Assembly: GCA_028823995.1 (NCBI GenBank)
Contig: JAPPFD010000031.1
Location: forward strand, 123,877 to 187,876
Direction of reading: 5' to 3'
Length of the DNA stretch: 64,000 nucleotides
DNA from: a bacterium
GTDB lineage: Bacteria; Actinomycetota; Acidimicrobiia; Spongiisociales; ZC4RG35
Shown: piece by piece, positions 9,326-19,114 of the stretch
Layout of the letters: each line of letters starts with the position of its first letter
Position numbering within the stretch: the stretch's first letter is position 1
The notes under the pieces: model-generated
Seen by the model: the letters and a program-made list of their open reading frames with translations, nothing else
The model's database searches: none
What the model was told of the DNA's origin: nothing
Made by a program: the position numbers and the translations under genes

Positions 9326-11091
9326 GACGGGTCGCCTCCTCTTCCCAGCCTCTCAAGCAAGCCGCTGTGCTGGGCCTTGAAGATGGCTTCGTCGTAGTGA
9401 CTCTCCAAGAGGTCGAGTTCTTCGTCGAAGGCCTTCTTGAGGCTCCACAGCATGATGAGAAGCACGAACAGGAATGGCAGGCCGGTGGCCACGGCGGCCG
9501 TTTGGAGCGCCGATAGGCCACCTCCCAACAGCAACACGCACGCAACCAGGCCCTCCATGCACGCCCAGAAAACCCGCTGAGGCTTGGGCGAGTCGAGCTT
9601 CCCTCCGGAGGTGAGGTGATCCACGACCAGAGAACCCGAGTCCGACGACGTAACGAAGAACGACACCAACAGCAGGATGCCGACTATCGAGACGAAGAAG
9701 GTCCATGGGAAGGCTTCCAACATCACGAACAGGGCGGTGGCCACGTTTTCGTTCACCGCGGTGGCGACGTCCAGTTCACCGGTCATCTGCAGATTCATGG
9801 CCGCTCCGCCGAACACCGCGAACCACAGGAAGCACAGGAGGCAGGGGAGCACGATCACACCGATGATCATTTCCCGCACCGAGCGCCCCTTGGAGATTCG
9901 GGCGATAAACATTCCGACGAAGGGAGACCAGGAAATCCACCATCCCCAGTAGAAGATGGTCCACCACTGCTGCCATTGGGTCTCGATCAATGCTGCGTTC
10001 CAGAACGAGAACTCCGGCAATATCTGGATGTAGACGCCGATGCTCTCAACGTACAGCGACAGGACCAACAGAGTCGGTCCCACCAACATCACGAACAGCA
10101 GGAACGCCGCGGCCAGATAAACGTTGAGCTGGCTCAGTCTCTTGACCCCTGCGTCCAGACCCGCAACCACCGAGATGGTCGCCAGCCCGGTGATGAAGGC
10201 GATCAGGATGATCTGGAAGCCGGTGCCCGATGGCAGGCCGAAGAGCTTGTTCAACCCTGCGGCAGCCTGACCGGCGCCGAATCCCAGCGAAGTGGCAAGA
10301 CCGAAGAGGGTCGCCACCACCGTCAGGATGTCGATGGCGTTGCCCCATCCACCGTAGATCCTCGGACCGAGAATCGGATAGAAGACCGAGCGGAAGGTCA
10401 GCGGCAGGCCCCGGTTGTAGGCGAAGAATCCCAGGGCCAGGGCTACCAGGCCATAAAGCGCCCATCCATGAATCCCCCAGTGGAGATAGGACGTTGCCAG
10501 CGCTCCTCTTGCCGCGCCCGCTGAAAGGGGCTCGACGTCGAAGAGGGGAGGCGGCGCTGTCAGGTGGTAGATCGGCTCTGCTACGCCCCAGAACATCAAC
10601 CCGATGCCGAGACCGGCGGAGATCAACATTGCGTACCAGGCGCCGGTGGAAAACTCCGGAAGGGCTCCTGGACCGCCTAGTCGAATCTTGCCGTACCTGC
10701 CTAACGCAAAGTAGAGAGCGGCGCCGATGAAGATGTTGAACGCAATGATGTACAGCCAACCAACCTTCTCGTTGATAAAGGTGAGAATGGTGCCGAAAAC
10801 GTCCGCGGCCGATTCCGGGAACAACAGAGTCCAGGCGATGAACAGCAGCAGGAAACCTGCCGCGTAGAACGTCACCTGCGGGTGGATGTCGAATCCCCAC
10901 TTGACAATGTTCTTGTCACCAGGCTCCCGGTCGGCTACCTCGGGATAGAAATCAATATCTGGATCGACTTGGAGGCCCTCGAACTGGGGTCGGTTTTGAA
11001 TGGCCGCCGCACGGCGGCGTTCCTCTTCCTCTTCCCAGTCTTCGTAGGCCTCGGCGATCTGAGTGAGATCGAGATCTTCTTTGTCAGACAT
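9322..11091 (-). CDS. BCCT-family (betaine/carnitine/choline) transporter
   Basis: 12 TM helices, BCCT signature 'WTIFYWGWWISWSPFVGMFIARISKGRS', 589 aa. Confidence 0.9.
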   Translation of the reverse strand: MSDKEDLDLTQIAEAYEDWEEEEERRRAAAIQNRPQFEGLQVDPDIDFYPEVADREPGDKNIVKWGFDIHPQVTFYAAGFLLLFIAWTLLFPESAADVFGTILTFINEKVGWLYIIAFNIFIGAALYFALGRYGKIRLGGPGALPEFSTGAWYAMLISAGLGIGLMFWGVAEPIYHLTAPPPLFDVEPLSAGAARGALATSYLHWGIHGWALYGLVALALGFFAYNRGLPLTFRSVFYPILGPRIYGGWGNAIDILTVVATLFGLATSLGFGAGQAAAGLNKLFGLPSGTGFQIILIAFITGLATISVVAGLDAGVKRLSQLNVYLAAAFLLFVMLVGPTLLVLSLYVESIGVYIQILPEFSFWNAALIETQWQQWWTIFYWGWWISWSPFVGMFIARISKGRSVREMIIGVIVLPCLLCFLWFAVFGGAAMNLQMTGELDVATAVNENVATALFVMLEAFPWTFFVSIVGILLLVSFFVTSSDSGSLVVDHLTSGGKLDSPKPQRVFWACMEGLVACVLLLGGGLSALQTAAVATGLPFLFVLLIMLWSLKKAFDEELDLLESHYDEAIFKAQHSGLLERLGRGGDPS

Positions 11092-11376
11092 ACGAACTCC
11101 TTTCTACTCGTGGGTCGGCCATTTTCGCCTCCTTCTGTCGTCTTAGCTTCTTCTTTACCACCCGCGACGAATTATCTCCGGTAGACCCGTGCAGCGTCGG
11201 CAGGGGGCAAGCATTTTCCCAGCAACCCTACTTATGAACCGGCGGGCGCGTCGCAAAAAGCGGTGACTCTTTTTTTCTTGTTTCACCTGGTGGAATGACT
11301 TCCAATTTCAGGACGGAAAAGGGGCAATTGCACATCGCTTTGCTACCCTTCGGCCCAGCCCACCCGGACACCTTTC

Positions 11377-13461
11377 ATGCGCAGAATCTCCATTGTTGTC
11401 TTGGGAATACTGTCGATAATGCTTGTTTCTCCTCTGGCCGCGGGTATGGTCCAGGTCGAGTCGGGGGACGAAGGCGGTGAAAGACAACCGGTGCGGATGG
11501 CCCGGGCCACCTGGGACACCGGATGGTTCCAAGCCGAGGTTTATCGCCTTTTGATGCAGCGGCTCGGATATCAGGTTGAGGGACCTGTGACCATGGACAA
11601 CGACGAGTTCTACGAAGCCGTGGCGGTTGGCGAGGTGGACCTGTGGGCCAACGGATGGTTCCCGACACAGGACGTCTTTCTTCAGGAGGACCATGTGGAA
11701 TTGGTGGGAACCCAGGTGGACGATGGCGCGCTGCAGGGATACTTCGTGGACAAGGCCACCGCGGAAGCTCACGGGATCACCAACCTCGGGGACTTGGCCA
11801 GCCCCGAACTTGCCGCGCTGTTCGATGAGGACGGGGACGGGTTGGCCGACCTCACCGGGTGCGAGCCCTCGTGGGGTTGCGCGGCGATCATAGATCACCA
11901 CCTGGAGGCCTATGGGTTGAGGGACACGGTCGAACAGGTTCAGGGCGCCTACTCACCCTCGATAAGGGCGACCTTCGATCGGTATCGGTCCGGGCGACCG
12001 GTCCTCTACTACACGTGGACGCCCAACTGGACCGTTGGCGAGCTACAGCCTGGTCGGGACGTGGTCTGGCTCGAGACGCCCTTCCCCTCACTGCCTTTGG
12101 AGCAGGCTGCCTACCTGGACCGGACCACGATCGCCGGGATCCGGGGATGCGCCAACGATCCGTGCCAGGTCGGCTGGCCTCCCAATGACATACGAGTGGT
12201 GGCCAACAGCCGTTTCCTGGAAGCCAACCCATCCATCCGCAGGCTGCTGGAGCAGGTGGTGATCCCGCTGGGGGACATCTCTGCCCAGAACGCCTTGATG
12301 GTGGCCGACGAGGGGGATCCCGAGGACATCCGCCGCCATGCCGAAGAGTGGGTGGACGCCAATCAGGCCCTCGTGGAGGGCTGGATAGAGGCTGCGGACC
12401 CGGAGGCCGTGGGACTGGAAGAAACCGGCGGCGCCATCTCGGCGGCCGGGGGCAGGCTGGCGGTTGCCGTACGCATTCTCCCGCCATTCGTGGTTTATGA
12501 CGACCGCTCCTACAGCGGCTTCGAGGTGGAGTTGGCGCACCTTCTGGCCGCCCGCCTGGGGATGGAAGTCGACATCCACGCGGTGGACACGGTGGCGAAG
12601 CAGATCGATGACATCGACCGTGGCGTCGCCCGGTTGGCCCTGGGGGGAGTGGCAATCACCGAATCCAGGGAGCGGTTGGTCGATTTCTCCTTGCCGGTGC
12701 TCAACACCGGGCTGACCATCATGGCGCCCAGCGAAGCGGACCGGCACATCGGTGATCGCATCCTGATGTTCCTGAGAGCGATTTTCTCCTCGGACCTCCC
12801 CTGGTTGCTGGTGGTGTTCGGGGTGGCGGTTCTGATCTCCGCCCATGTGATCTGGTGGTTGGAACGGCATCACAACGCCGATTTCGCCGTGCCCTACCGC
12901 CAGGGAATCTGGGACTCGTTCTACTGGTCTGTGGTGACCATGAGCACCGTCGGTTATGGCGACAAGGTGGCCAGGGGCGACAAGGGGAGAGTGTTCGCTC
13001 TGATCTGGATAGCCCTGGGAACGCTTGTGTTCGCCAGTTTCACCGCTTCCATCGCCTCATCCCTGGCGGTCAGCGAATTGCGTGGCGAGATCGCCGGCCC
13101 CTCCGATCTACCCGGTCACCGGGTTGCCACGGTCTCCCAGACGTCGGGGGCAGCCTACCTGTCCTCCATAGGGGTGGGGCCGGTGCTGGTGCAGGACGTC
13201 GGGGATGCGTATTCGCTGCTTCAGGCAGGCGAGGTCGATGCGATTGTCTTCGACGCTCCCGTGCTTCATTTCCACGCCTCCCGGGAGGGAGCCGGCGAGT
13301 TGGTGACGGTCGGTCCCGACTTCGAACAGGTCCAGTACGGGTTCGTGCTGAGCCAGGATGACGCCGATTTCCGGGAGCAGGTCAATCTGGCCCTGCTGGA
13401 TCTCATCGAGAGCGGGGTCTATCGCCAACTCCACGACCGGTGGTTCGGTCCGTTGGGTTGA
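11377..13461 (+). CDS. Exported fusion: ProX-type betaine-binding domain plus a GluR0-like ligand-gated K+ channel (PBP3 S1 lobe, M1-pore-M2, S2 lobe)
   Basis: Signal peptide. Residues ~40-350 are paralogous to the ProX at 8387-9325 ('WANGWFPTQDVF', 'YYTWTPNW', 'IRVVANSRFLEANPSIRRLL'). Residues ~360-450 form a PBP3 S1 lobe ('ITESRERLVDFSLPV'), followed by a TM, a pore helix 'WDSFYWSVVTMSTVGYGD', a second TM, and an S2 lobe ('DAIVFDAPVLHF'). There is no third TM, which is the GluR0 topology. Confidence 0.8.
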   Translation: MRRISIVVLGILSIMLVSPLAAGMVQVESGDEGGERQPVRMARATWDTGWFQAEVYRLLMQRLGYQVEGPVTMDNDEFYEAVAVGEVDLWANGWFPTQDVFLQEDHVELVGTQVDDGALQGYFVDKATAEAHGITNLGDLASPELAALFDEDGDGLADLTGCEPSWGCAAIIDHHLEAYGLRDTVEQVQGAYSPSIRATFDRYRSGRPVLYYTWTPNWTVGELQPGRDVVWLETPFPSLPLEQAAYLDRTTIAGIRGCANDPCQVGWPPNDIRVVANSRFLEANPSIRRLLEQVVIPLGDISAQNALMVADEGDPEDIRRHAEEWVDANQALVEGWIEAADPEAVGLEETGGAISAAGGRLAVAVRILPPFVVYDDRSYSGFEVELAHLLAARLGMEVDIHAVDTVAKQIDDIDRGVARLALGGVAITESRERLVDFSLPVLNTGLTIMAPSEADRHIGDRILMFLRAIFSSDLPWLLVVFGVAVLISAHVIWWLERHHNADFAVPYRQGIWDSFYWSVVTMSTVGYGDKVARGDKGRVFALIWIALGTLVFASFTASIASSLAVSELRGEIAGPSDLPGHRVATVSQTSGAAYLSSIGVGPVLVQDVGDAYSLLQAGEVDAIVFDAPVLHFHASREGAGELVTVGPDFEQVQYGFVLSQDDADFREQVNLALLDLIESGVYRQLHDRWFGPLG

Positions 13462-13522
13462 GTGGGCGGTCCTCGGCGAATTCCGTTGCCCCTAGCCGCC
13501 GGTAACTGGTAGCCTCCGGGCT

Positions 13523-14185
13523 ATGTCATGGCGCAAGAAATCCAACACTCTGCCCGATAGGGAGAGGGCGCTCCCCGGCCGGGAGAATCCCCTTTCGGTG
13601 CCTGAATTCCACTTTGTCACCGGTGCTCGCATCACGCCCCCCTTCCCGGAGGGATCCGAGGTGATCTGGTTCGGCATGGGGTGCTTCTGGGGCGCAGAGC
13701 GGATGTTCTGGCAAACCGAGGGCGTGTACTCCACCGCGGTGGGGTACGGCGGCGGAATCACCCCCAACCCCACCTATGAAGAGGTGTGCTCGGGAATGAC
13801 CGGCCACACCGAACTGGTGCAGGTGGTGTACCAGCCGGGACAGATCGACCTCGACGCGCTCATGGCCGTCTTCTGGGAGGGTCACGATCCCACCCAGGGA
13901 ATGAGACAGGGGAACGATTACGGGACCCAGTATCGCTCCGCGGTGTACGTCTCCCGCCCGGAGCAATTGCCGGCCGTCCGGGCAAGCCTCGAGGCGTACC
14001 AGACGGAGTTGCACAGGAACGGATACGACCGGGTCACCACCGAGATCGGTGAGGGAAAGTCCTTCTACTACGCCGAGGACTACCACCAACAGTACCTGGC
14101 CAAGAACCCGTGGGGGTACTGTGGCATCGGGGGCACCGGGGTCTCGTACTGCACCCCTGCCCAGGCACAGCCCGCCACCCGATAG
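13523..14185 (+). CDS. msrA: Peptide methionine-S-sulfoxide reductase
   Basis: 'GMGCFWGAE' catalytic Cys motif, 220 aa. Confidence 0.9.
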   Translation: MSWRKKSNTLPDRERALPGRENPLSVPEFHFVTGARITPPFPEGSEVIWFGMGCFWGAERMFWQTEGVYSTAVGYGGGITPNPTYEEVCSGMTGHTELVQVVYQPGQIDLDALMAVFWEGHDPTQGMRQGNDYGTQYRSAVYVSRPEQLPAVRASLEAYQTELHRNGYDRVTTEIGEGKSFYYAEDYHQQYLAKNPWGYCGIGGTGVSYCTPAQAQPATR

Positions 14186-14198
14186 GCCGCCGAGCGCG

Positions 14199-15344
14199 GT
14201 GAAGGAGTCTCTTCGCTCCCAGGTTCCTCCGTTCTACGTGATGGAGGTGATGAAAGCGGCCGCCCTGCGGGAGGCGGAGGGTGGGGACGTCCTTCACCTG
14301 GAGGTCGGCCAGCCCATGACTCCCGCTCCCTCCCGGGTGCTGGAGGCTGCCCGGAAAGGCCTGATCGAGGACCGGCTGGGTTACACCGCCGCAACCGGCC
14401 TGGGCGCCCTCCGGGAGAGAATCGGTCGCTTCTATCAGGACCGGTACGGCCTGGATGTGTCGCCGGATCGGGTGGTGATGACCATCGGGGCCTCCGCCGG
14501 GTTTGTCCTGGCCTGCCTGGCGCTCTTCGACCCCGGCGATCGGGTGGCGATGACGGTGCCCGGCTACTCGGCATACCGCAACGTGCTCTCTGCCCTGGGT
14601 CTCGAATTGGTGGAGGTGCGGGTGGACGCCGGGACCCGCTTCGTTCCTTCGACCGAGCGCCTGGAGATGGCAGGTCCGCTGGACGGGCTGGTGGTGGCGA
14701 GTCCCTCCAACCCGACCGGGGTCACCCTCACCCCCGAGGAGCTGAACTCGGTGGTCGAGTTCTGCGAGAACTCGGGGACCGTCCTGATCAGCGACGAGAT
14801 CTATCACGGCATCCACTATGGGAGGCGGGCCAGCAGCGCTCTCGAGTTCAGTGATGCGCCGGTGGTGGTGCAGAGTTTCTCCAAGTATTTCTCGATGACT
14901 GGATGGCGCCTGGGATGGTTGGTGGTTCCCCCCGAACTGTTCCGTCCTGTGGAACGTCTCTCTCAGAATCTGTTCATCGCGCCGCCCACCGTCTCCCAGT
15001 TGGGCGCCCTGGAGGCCTTCGACTGCACCGCGGAACTGGACGCGATCGTCACGGCCTACGCCGAGAGCAGGGACGTGCTGGTGGCCGGGTTGGCGGAAGC
15101 CGGCATAAGCCGGATCGCTCCTCCCGACGGGGCGTTCTACGTGTACGCCGACATCTCTCATCTGGGCCTGGATTCTCCCTCCCTGTGCGCCCGCTGGCTG
15201 AAGGAGATAGGAGTGGCGGTCACCCCCGGCATCGACTTCGACCCCGACCAGGGAGACCGCTGGGTCCGCTTCTCCTACTCCGAGTCCACCGACGACATCG
15301 CAGAGGCGGTCCGCCGGCTTAAGAAGTGGTCGGCGCTGCGCTAG
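14199..15344 (+). CDS. PLP-dependent aminotransferase, class I/II (aspartate/aromatic aminotransferase-like)
   Basis: 'SKYFSMTGWRLGW' (PLP Lys region), fold-type I length. The track ORF starts at 14049, but homology begins near 14199 (GTG) or 14241 (ATG), so the start is uncertain. Confidence 0.8.
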   Translation: MKESLRSQVPPFYVMEVMKAAALREAEGGDVLHLEVGQPMTPAPSRVLEAARKGLIEDRLGYTAATGLGALRERIGRFYQDRYGLDVSPDRVVMTIGASAGFVLACLALFDPGDRVAMTVPGYSAYRNVLSALGLELVEVRVDAGTRFVPSTERLEMAGPLDGLVVASPSNPTGVTLTPEELNSVVEFCENSGTVLISDEIYHGIHYGRRASSALEFSDAPVVVQSFSKYFSMTGWRLGWLVVPPELFRPVERLSQNLFIAPPTVSQLGALEAFDCTAELDAIVTAYAESRDVLVAGLAEAGISRIAPPDGAFYVYADISHLGLDSPSLCARWLKEIGVAVTPGIDFDPDQGDRWVRFSYSESTDDIAEAVRRLKKWSALR

Positions 15345-15369
15345 CCCGAGAACCGGTAGAGTTGCGGTC

Positions 15370-15780
15370 GTGACCGACCCTTCCGTGCTGAGCGTCGGCG
15401 GGGGCTTCGCCGAGATGGTGGGCATCGTTCTCGACGAGTCGTCCTCATCGAGGGTGCGCGGGCACGTGGAGGTGGGGGAGAAGCACCATCAGCCGTTCGG
15501 CATCGTGAACGCGGGACTTCACAGCACCATGGTGGAGACGCTGGCCTCGGTGGGAGCCTTCATGTGGGCACAGGAACACCGAATGGCGGCGGCGGTCGGC
15601 GTCCACAACGCCACCGACTTCTTCCGCTCCCACCGCCTGGGGCGCCTGGACGGGGAGGCCGTCCCTGTCCACCAGGGGCGCAGCCAACAAATCTGGCAGG
15701 TGACGATAACCCGCGCCTCGGACGGGAAGATGGTCGCCCAAGGTCGGTTGCGCCTCCAGAACCTGGATCAGGTTCGCTGA
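15370..15780 (+). CDS. PaaI/YbgC-type hotdog-fold thioesterase
   Basis: 136 aa, 'HGGA-like' core 'NAGLHSTMVETLASVG', 'QQIWQVTI', matching the PaaI pattern. Confidence 0.8.
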   Translation: MTDPSVLSVGGGFAEMVGIVLDESSSSRVRGHVEVGEKHHQPFGIVNAGLHSTMVETLASVGAFMWAQEHRMAAAVGVHNATDFFRSHRLGRLDGEAVPVHQGRSQQIWQVTITRASDGKMVAQGRLRLQNLDQVR

Positions 15781-15917
15781 GTCTCAAAGTCAGCCGCGCC
15801 ATCAAGAGGCTTTGAGCGGCCGATCGGGCCCCCATTTACCGAAATCTCCACCCATGGGCACAACGTGAGCCCGTCCCCTTGGTGAAGGGTTCCGGAAAAT
15901 TTTAACTCTCCGATTTC

Positions 15918-15947
15918 TTGACGCGCGCCGCCTGCGGTTACTAGCGT
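15918..15947 (+). promoter_or_regulatory. Candidate sigma-A-type promoter TTGACG-18-TAGCGT upstream of the LivK-family substrate-binding-protein gene, leaving a ~165-nt leader
   Basis: Hexamers read from the sequence in a 333-bp lower-GC intergenic region. There is no experimental support. Confidence 0.25.
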
Positions 15948-16113
15948 CCGTATATCGGATAGAGATTCCGGTAAACGGGCATTTCGATCGGGGTGTCCAC
16001 CCTGGCAGCGTCAGGTGGGGCATTCCTTTCGAGATTGACTGAGAACGAGAAGAGCAGCGTGACCCTATGTCCATCCTCTTGGTGGCATGGGTCCGGAAGG
16101 AGAAGGCAGGTAA

Positions 16114-17361
16114 ATGAGTAAACATAGATCTTGGGTACGAGTATTGGTAGTGCTGTCCGTCCTGGCTCTGGTCGCCACGGCTTGTGGTGACGGAGAAGAA
16201 GAAGCGGCGGAGACCACGGCAGCTCCCACCACCGCGGCCCCAACCACCACCGCCGCTCCCGAACCGGCAGAGCCCATCAAGCTGGGCACCATCTGGTTCA
16301 ACTCCGGGGTGGCAAGCGGCCTTGGCGACATCATGCGCAACGGGTTCGAGTTGGCCGTGATGCAGAAGAACGAAGCCGGAGGACTACTGGGAAGCCAGAT
16401 CGAAGTGATCCACTACGACGAGGGCTACTCGGCCGACGAGTCGGTTGCATCGGCGAGAAAGGCCATCGCAGACGGCGTGGCCGGAGTCGCCGGCGGCAAT
16501 GACGCCACCACCTGTGTGGCGATGAAGGACGTCACGGCCGAGGTCAGCATGCCATTGGTCGTGACCGCCTGCGGGTCCGAGTTGATCACCGAAGAGGGAT
16601 ACGAGGGAGCGGTGCACATCCGCGCCCCCGTGAAGCAGAGCCAATCCGACAGCAACGCCTTGTCGGTGCTGGCCCGCTGGATGATCTCCCAGGGTTACAA
16701 GCGGGTCCAGGGTGTGGGCGTCGACTCCGACTGGGTGCGTCTCACCCATGATGAGTTCACTCGCATCTTCGAGGAAGAGGCCGCGGCGGACTTCGAGTAC
16801 ACCGGCATGGTGTACTTCCCCTACGGCACCGCTGAAGCTCGGGTCGAAGTGACCAAGGGAGTCGGCAACGATCCGGACCTGCTGTATCTCGGTCTGTGGG
16901 GTAAGGACGTGGTCGTGAATGCCGTCCAAGCCGCCCGCGAGATCGGCTATGAGGGTGACATCATGGTCAACGAGGTCGTGTACACCCCGCCGGAAGTGGA
17001 AGCCCTGGGTGACCTCTCCGAAGGCATTTACAGTTCCACCGGGTGGATTCTGGACGAGTCGATTCCCGAGGCGGCCGCCTTCTCCGAGGCGTATGAAGCC
17101 GAGTTCGGCCATGCACCGGACTGGTGGTCCGAACTGGGCTACACGGCGGCCTTGCAGTTGATCGCGGCGATCGAGGCGGCAGGAACGACCGACCATTCGG
17201 CCGTTGCTCCCCTGATGAACGACGAGCATGGGTTCGTCACTCCTCGCGGTAAGCCTTTGCGCTTCAACGAGAAGGGACTCCGACTGGTTGACGACTGGAT
17301 CATCATCCAGTCAACCGGTGGTGAACTGCATCCCGTCGACGCCGTTCCGTTGGCCGGGTAG
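16114..17361 (+). CDS. LivK/AmiC-family (PBP type 1) ABC substrate-binding lipoprotein
   Basis: Signal with lipobox 'LVATAC', Ala/Thr/Pro-rich linker, periplasmic-binding-protein type 1 fold length (415 aa), strong RBS GGAAGGAGAAGG. Confidence 0.85.
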   Translation: MSKHRSWVRVLVVLSVLALVATACGDGEEEAAETTAAPTTAAPTTTAAPEPAEPIKLGTIWFNSGVASGLGDIMRNGFELAVMQKNEAGGLLGSQIEVIHYDEGYSADESVASARKAIADGVAGVAGGNDATTCVAMKDVTAEVSMPLVVTACGSELITEEGYEGAVHIRAPVKQSQSDSNALSVLARWMISQGYKRVQGVGVDSDWVRLTHDEFTRIFEEEAAADFEYTGMVYFPYGTAEARVEVTKGVGNDPDLLYLGLWGKDVVVNAVQAAREIGYEGDIMVNEVVYTPPEVEALGDLSEGIYSSTGWILDESIPEAAAFSEAYEAEFGHAPDWWSELGYTAALQLIAAIEAAGTTDHSAVAPLMNDEHGFVTPRGKPLRFNEKGLRLVDDWIIIQSTGGELHPVDAVPLAG

Positions 17362-17382
17362 ACGTAACTCTCCCATAACTCT

Positions 17383-17433
17383 GATGTATCGGCCTGCGCC
17401 CTTTATCCGGGGCCAGGCCGATACATCCTTATT
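17383..17433 (+). terminator. Strong intrinsic-terminator-like hairpin after the substrate-binding-protein gene
   Basis: Perfect 14-bp inverted repeat GATGTATCGGCCTG (17383-17396) / CAGGCCGATACATC (17414-17427) with a 17-nt loop, followed by CTTATT. Confidence 0.55.
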
Positions 17434-17459
17434 GACCGAGAAAGGAGGCGCCGAAGAGA

Positions 17460-17858
17460 GTGGAGAGAGTATTCGTACCGGTTGAGGAGGAACTCTTCCG
17501 GGCCATCGGGTCGAAGAGCCGCTGGAATGACGTGGTGCGGGCGGGGAACACCCTCTGGGTGACGGGCCAGTTGGGCTGGGACAAGACCACCGGGGTGCTG
17601 GGGGAAACCTTGGAGGAACAGGCGGAACTGGCCCTGGAGAACCTCAAGGTTGCCTTGGAGCGGGCCGGCGCCAAGATGAGCGATGTGGTTCTCACCCGGG
17701 TTTACCTGGTTGATCACGACCATTACCACCGGTACGAGCCGATTTATGCCCGGTACTTCCCCGACCGGCAGCCCGCCCGGGTGTCGGTGGTGGTGGCGGA
17801 GTTGATTCACCACGCCCTGATCGACATCGAGGCGGTGGCGGTGGTGGACGACGGATGA
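17460..17858 (+). CDS. RidA/YjgF family reactive-intermediate deaminase
   Basis: 132 aa, 'NTLWVTGQLG', 'VLTRVYLVD', matching the RidA pattern. Confidence 0.85.
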   Translation: MERVFVPVEEELFRAIGSKSRWNDVVRAGNTLWVTGQLGWDKTTGVLGETLEEQAELALENLKVALERAGAKMSDVVLTRVYLVDHDHYHRYEPIYARYFPDRQPARVSVVVAELIHHALIDIEAVAVVDDG

Positions 17859-17913
17859 CCCTTTTCCGGCGCCATCCGTCCGTTGATCCGCACCCCGGTA
17901 CAAGGAGTGGAAG

Positions 17914-18243
17914 ATGATCAAAACGGTGACCCTGCTGACCAGGAGACCCGACCTGACCAGCCAGCAATTCCATGAACATTGGAAGAATGTCCATGCACCT
18001 CTGGTCCTTGCCATGCCCATGGTGCGCCGGTACGTTCAATGCCGCCCCCTGGAGGTTCCCGGCCGCGTCGCGCCCTGCGACGGGGTGGCCGAGGTGTGGT
18101 ACGACACCGTGGAGGACTTCCTGGCCACGGCCGACTCTCCAGAGTACGCCACCCTCCTGGCCGACGAGAAGAACTTCATGGGCGCCAAGACCCAGGACTC
18201 GGTGTTCGTGATCGTCGAGGAGGACGAGTTCGGTGTCGGGTAG
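17914..18243 (+). CDS. EthD-family (dimeric alpha/beta-barrel) protein
   Basis: 109 aa, 'MIKTVTLLTRRPDLTSQQFHEHWKNVHAPLV' typical EthD N-terminus. Confidence 0.6.
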   Translation: MIKTVTLLTRRPDLTSQQFHEHWKNVHAPLVLAMPMVRRYVQCRPLEVPGRVAPCDGVAEVWYDTVEDFLATADSPEYATLLADEKNFMGAKTQDSVFVIVEEDEFGVG

Positions 18244-18258
18244 ATCTGCCGGCCTCAG

Positions 18259-19059
18259 ATGACTGCCGTTCCCAGCCATCCGCCAGGGTCTCTCTCGAAG
18301 GGTCTGCAGATACTGGCTGCCTTCGACGAGAAGTCTCCGGCTCTTTCGGTGGCCGACATCTCGCGCCGCACCCAGATCAGCCGGGCCAGCGTCTATCGAC
18401 TCACCGGTGTTCTGGAAGACATGGGGTACATACGGAGGACCGAGCGTCTCTACCGGCCTTCCAAGAAGGTCCTGAATCTGGGGGTGGCCGCGGTTGAATC
18501 TCGGGAATTCGTGGAGCACATCCGGCCCTACCTGGATGAGATCAGTGTGGCATTGCCGGAGGCGACAGCCGTCAACTACGGCGTCCTGGAGGGCGCCGAA
18601 GTCATCTACATGGCGAGGCGGCACCGCGACGACATCATCACAATCAATCTTCAGGTGGGCAGTCGCCTCCCTGCCCATCTGAGTTCTTTGGGCAAGGCCA
18701 TCCTGTCGGCCATGCCACCCCAGGAAGCTGAGGGGGTGTTGAGGGAGATGGACTTCCAGCGCCGGACCACAACCACCGTTACGGGCGCTGATGACTACCG
18801 GGCGCAATTGGAGGAGGCCCGGATCAAGGGGATCGCTCTGAACGACCAGGAACTGACGGTGGGTCTGCGGTCGGTGTCGGCGCCGGTGTTTCATGGCGCC
18901 GAGGTGATAGGAGCGGTGGGGGTGGCCACCCTGGCAACCCGAGCCGACATCGAGACCTTGGAAAACCACTACGGCCCGATTCTCAAGTCCTTCGCGGAAA
19001 CGATCACAGAGGAGATATCGGCCACACGATTCGACAACCGGGTCCCGATCTACGGCTAG
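18259..19059 (+). CDS. IclR-family transcriptional regulator
   Basis: N-terminal winged HTH 'LSKGLQILAAF...ADISRRTQISRASVYRLTGVLEDMGYI' plus a C-terminal IclR effector domain. Confidence 0.85.
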   Translation: MTAVPSHPPGSLSKGLQILAAFDEKSPALSVADISRRTQISRASVYRLTGVLEDMGYIRRTERLYRPSKKVLNLGVAAVESREFVEHIRPYLDEISVALPEATAVNYGVLEGAEVIYMARRHRDDIITINLQVGSRLPAHLSSLGKAILSAMPPQEAEGVLREMDFQRRTTTTVTGADDYRAQLEEARIKGIALNDQELTVGLRSVSAPVFHGAEVIGAVGVATLATRADIETLENHYGPILKSFAETITEEISATRFDNRVPIYG

Positions 19060-19114
19060 CCATGAATCGGTTGTCTCAACCCGGGTTGGTCGGTCACCAT
19101 GCGAGGTCCGGCGG

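Noticed and set aside
11200-11260. AAAAAGCGGTGACTCTTTTTTT in the BCCT/channel intergenic region as a rho-independent terminator
   Set aside because: The possible stem is only A:T pairs or an imperfect GTCGC/GCGgtGAC stem, and there is no upstream gene on either strand to terminate. It is more likely a promoter or AT-tract regulatory element, kept under the findings as unexplained.
15948-16113. Riboswitch in the ~165-nt leader of the LivK-family gene
   Set aside because: A small hairpin (CCACC...GGTGG) exists, but there is no match to any riboswitch or T-box consensus that I can recognise.
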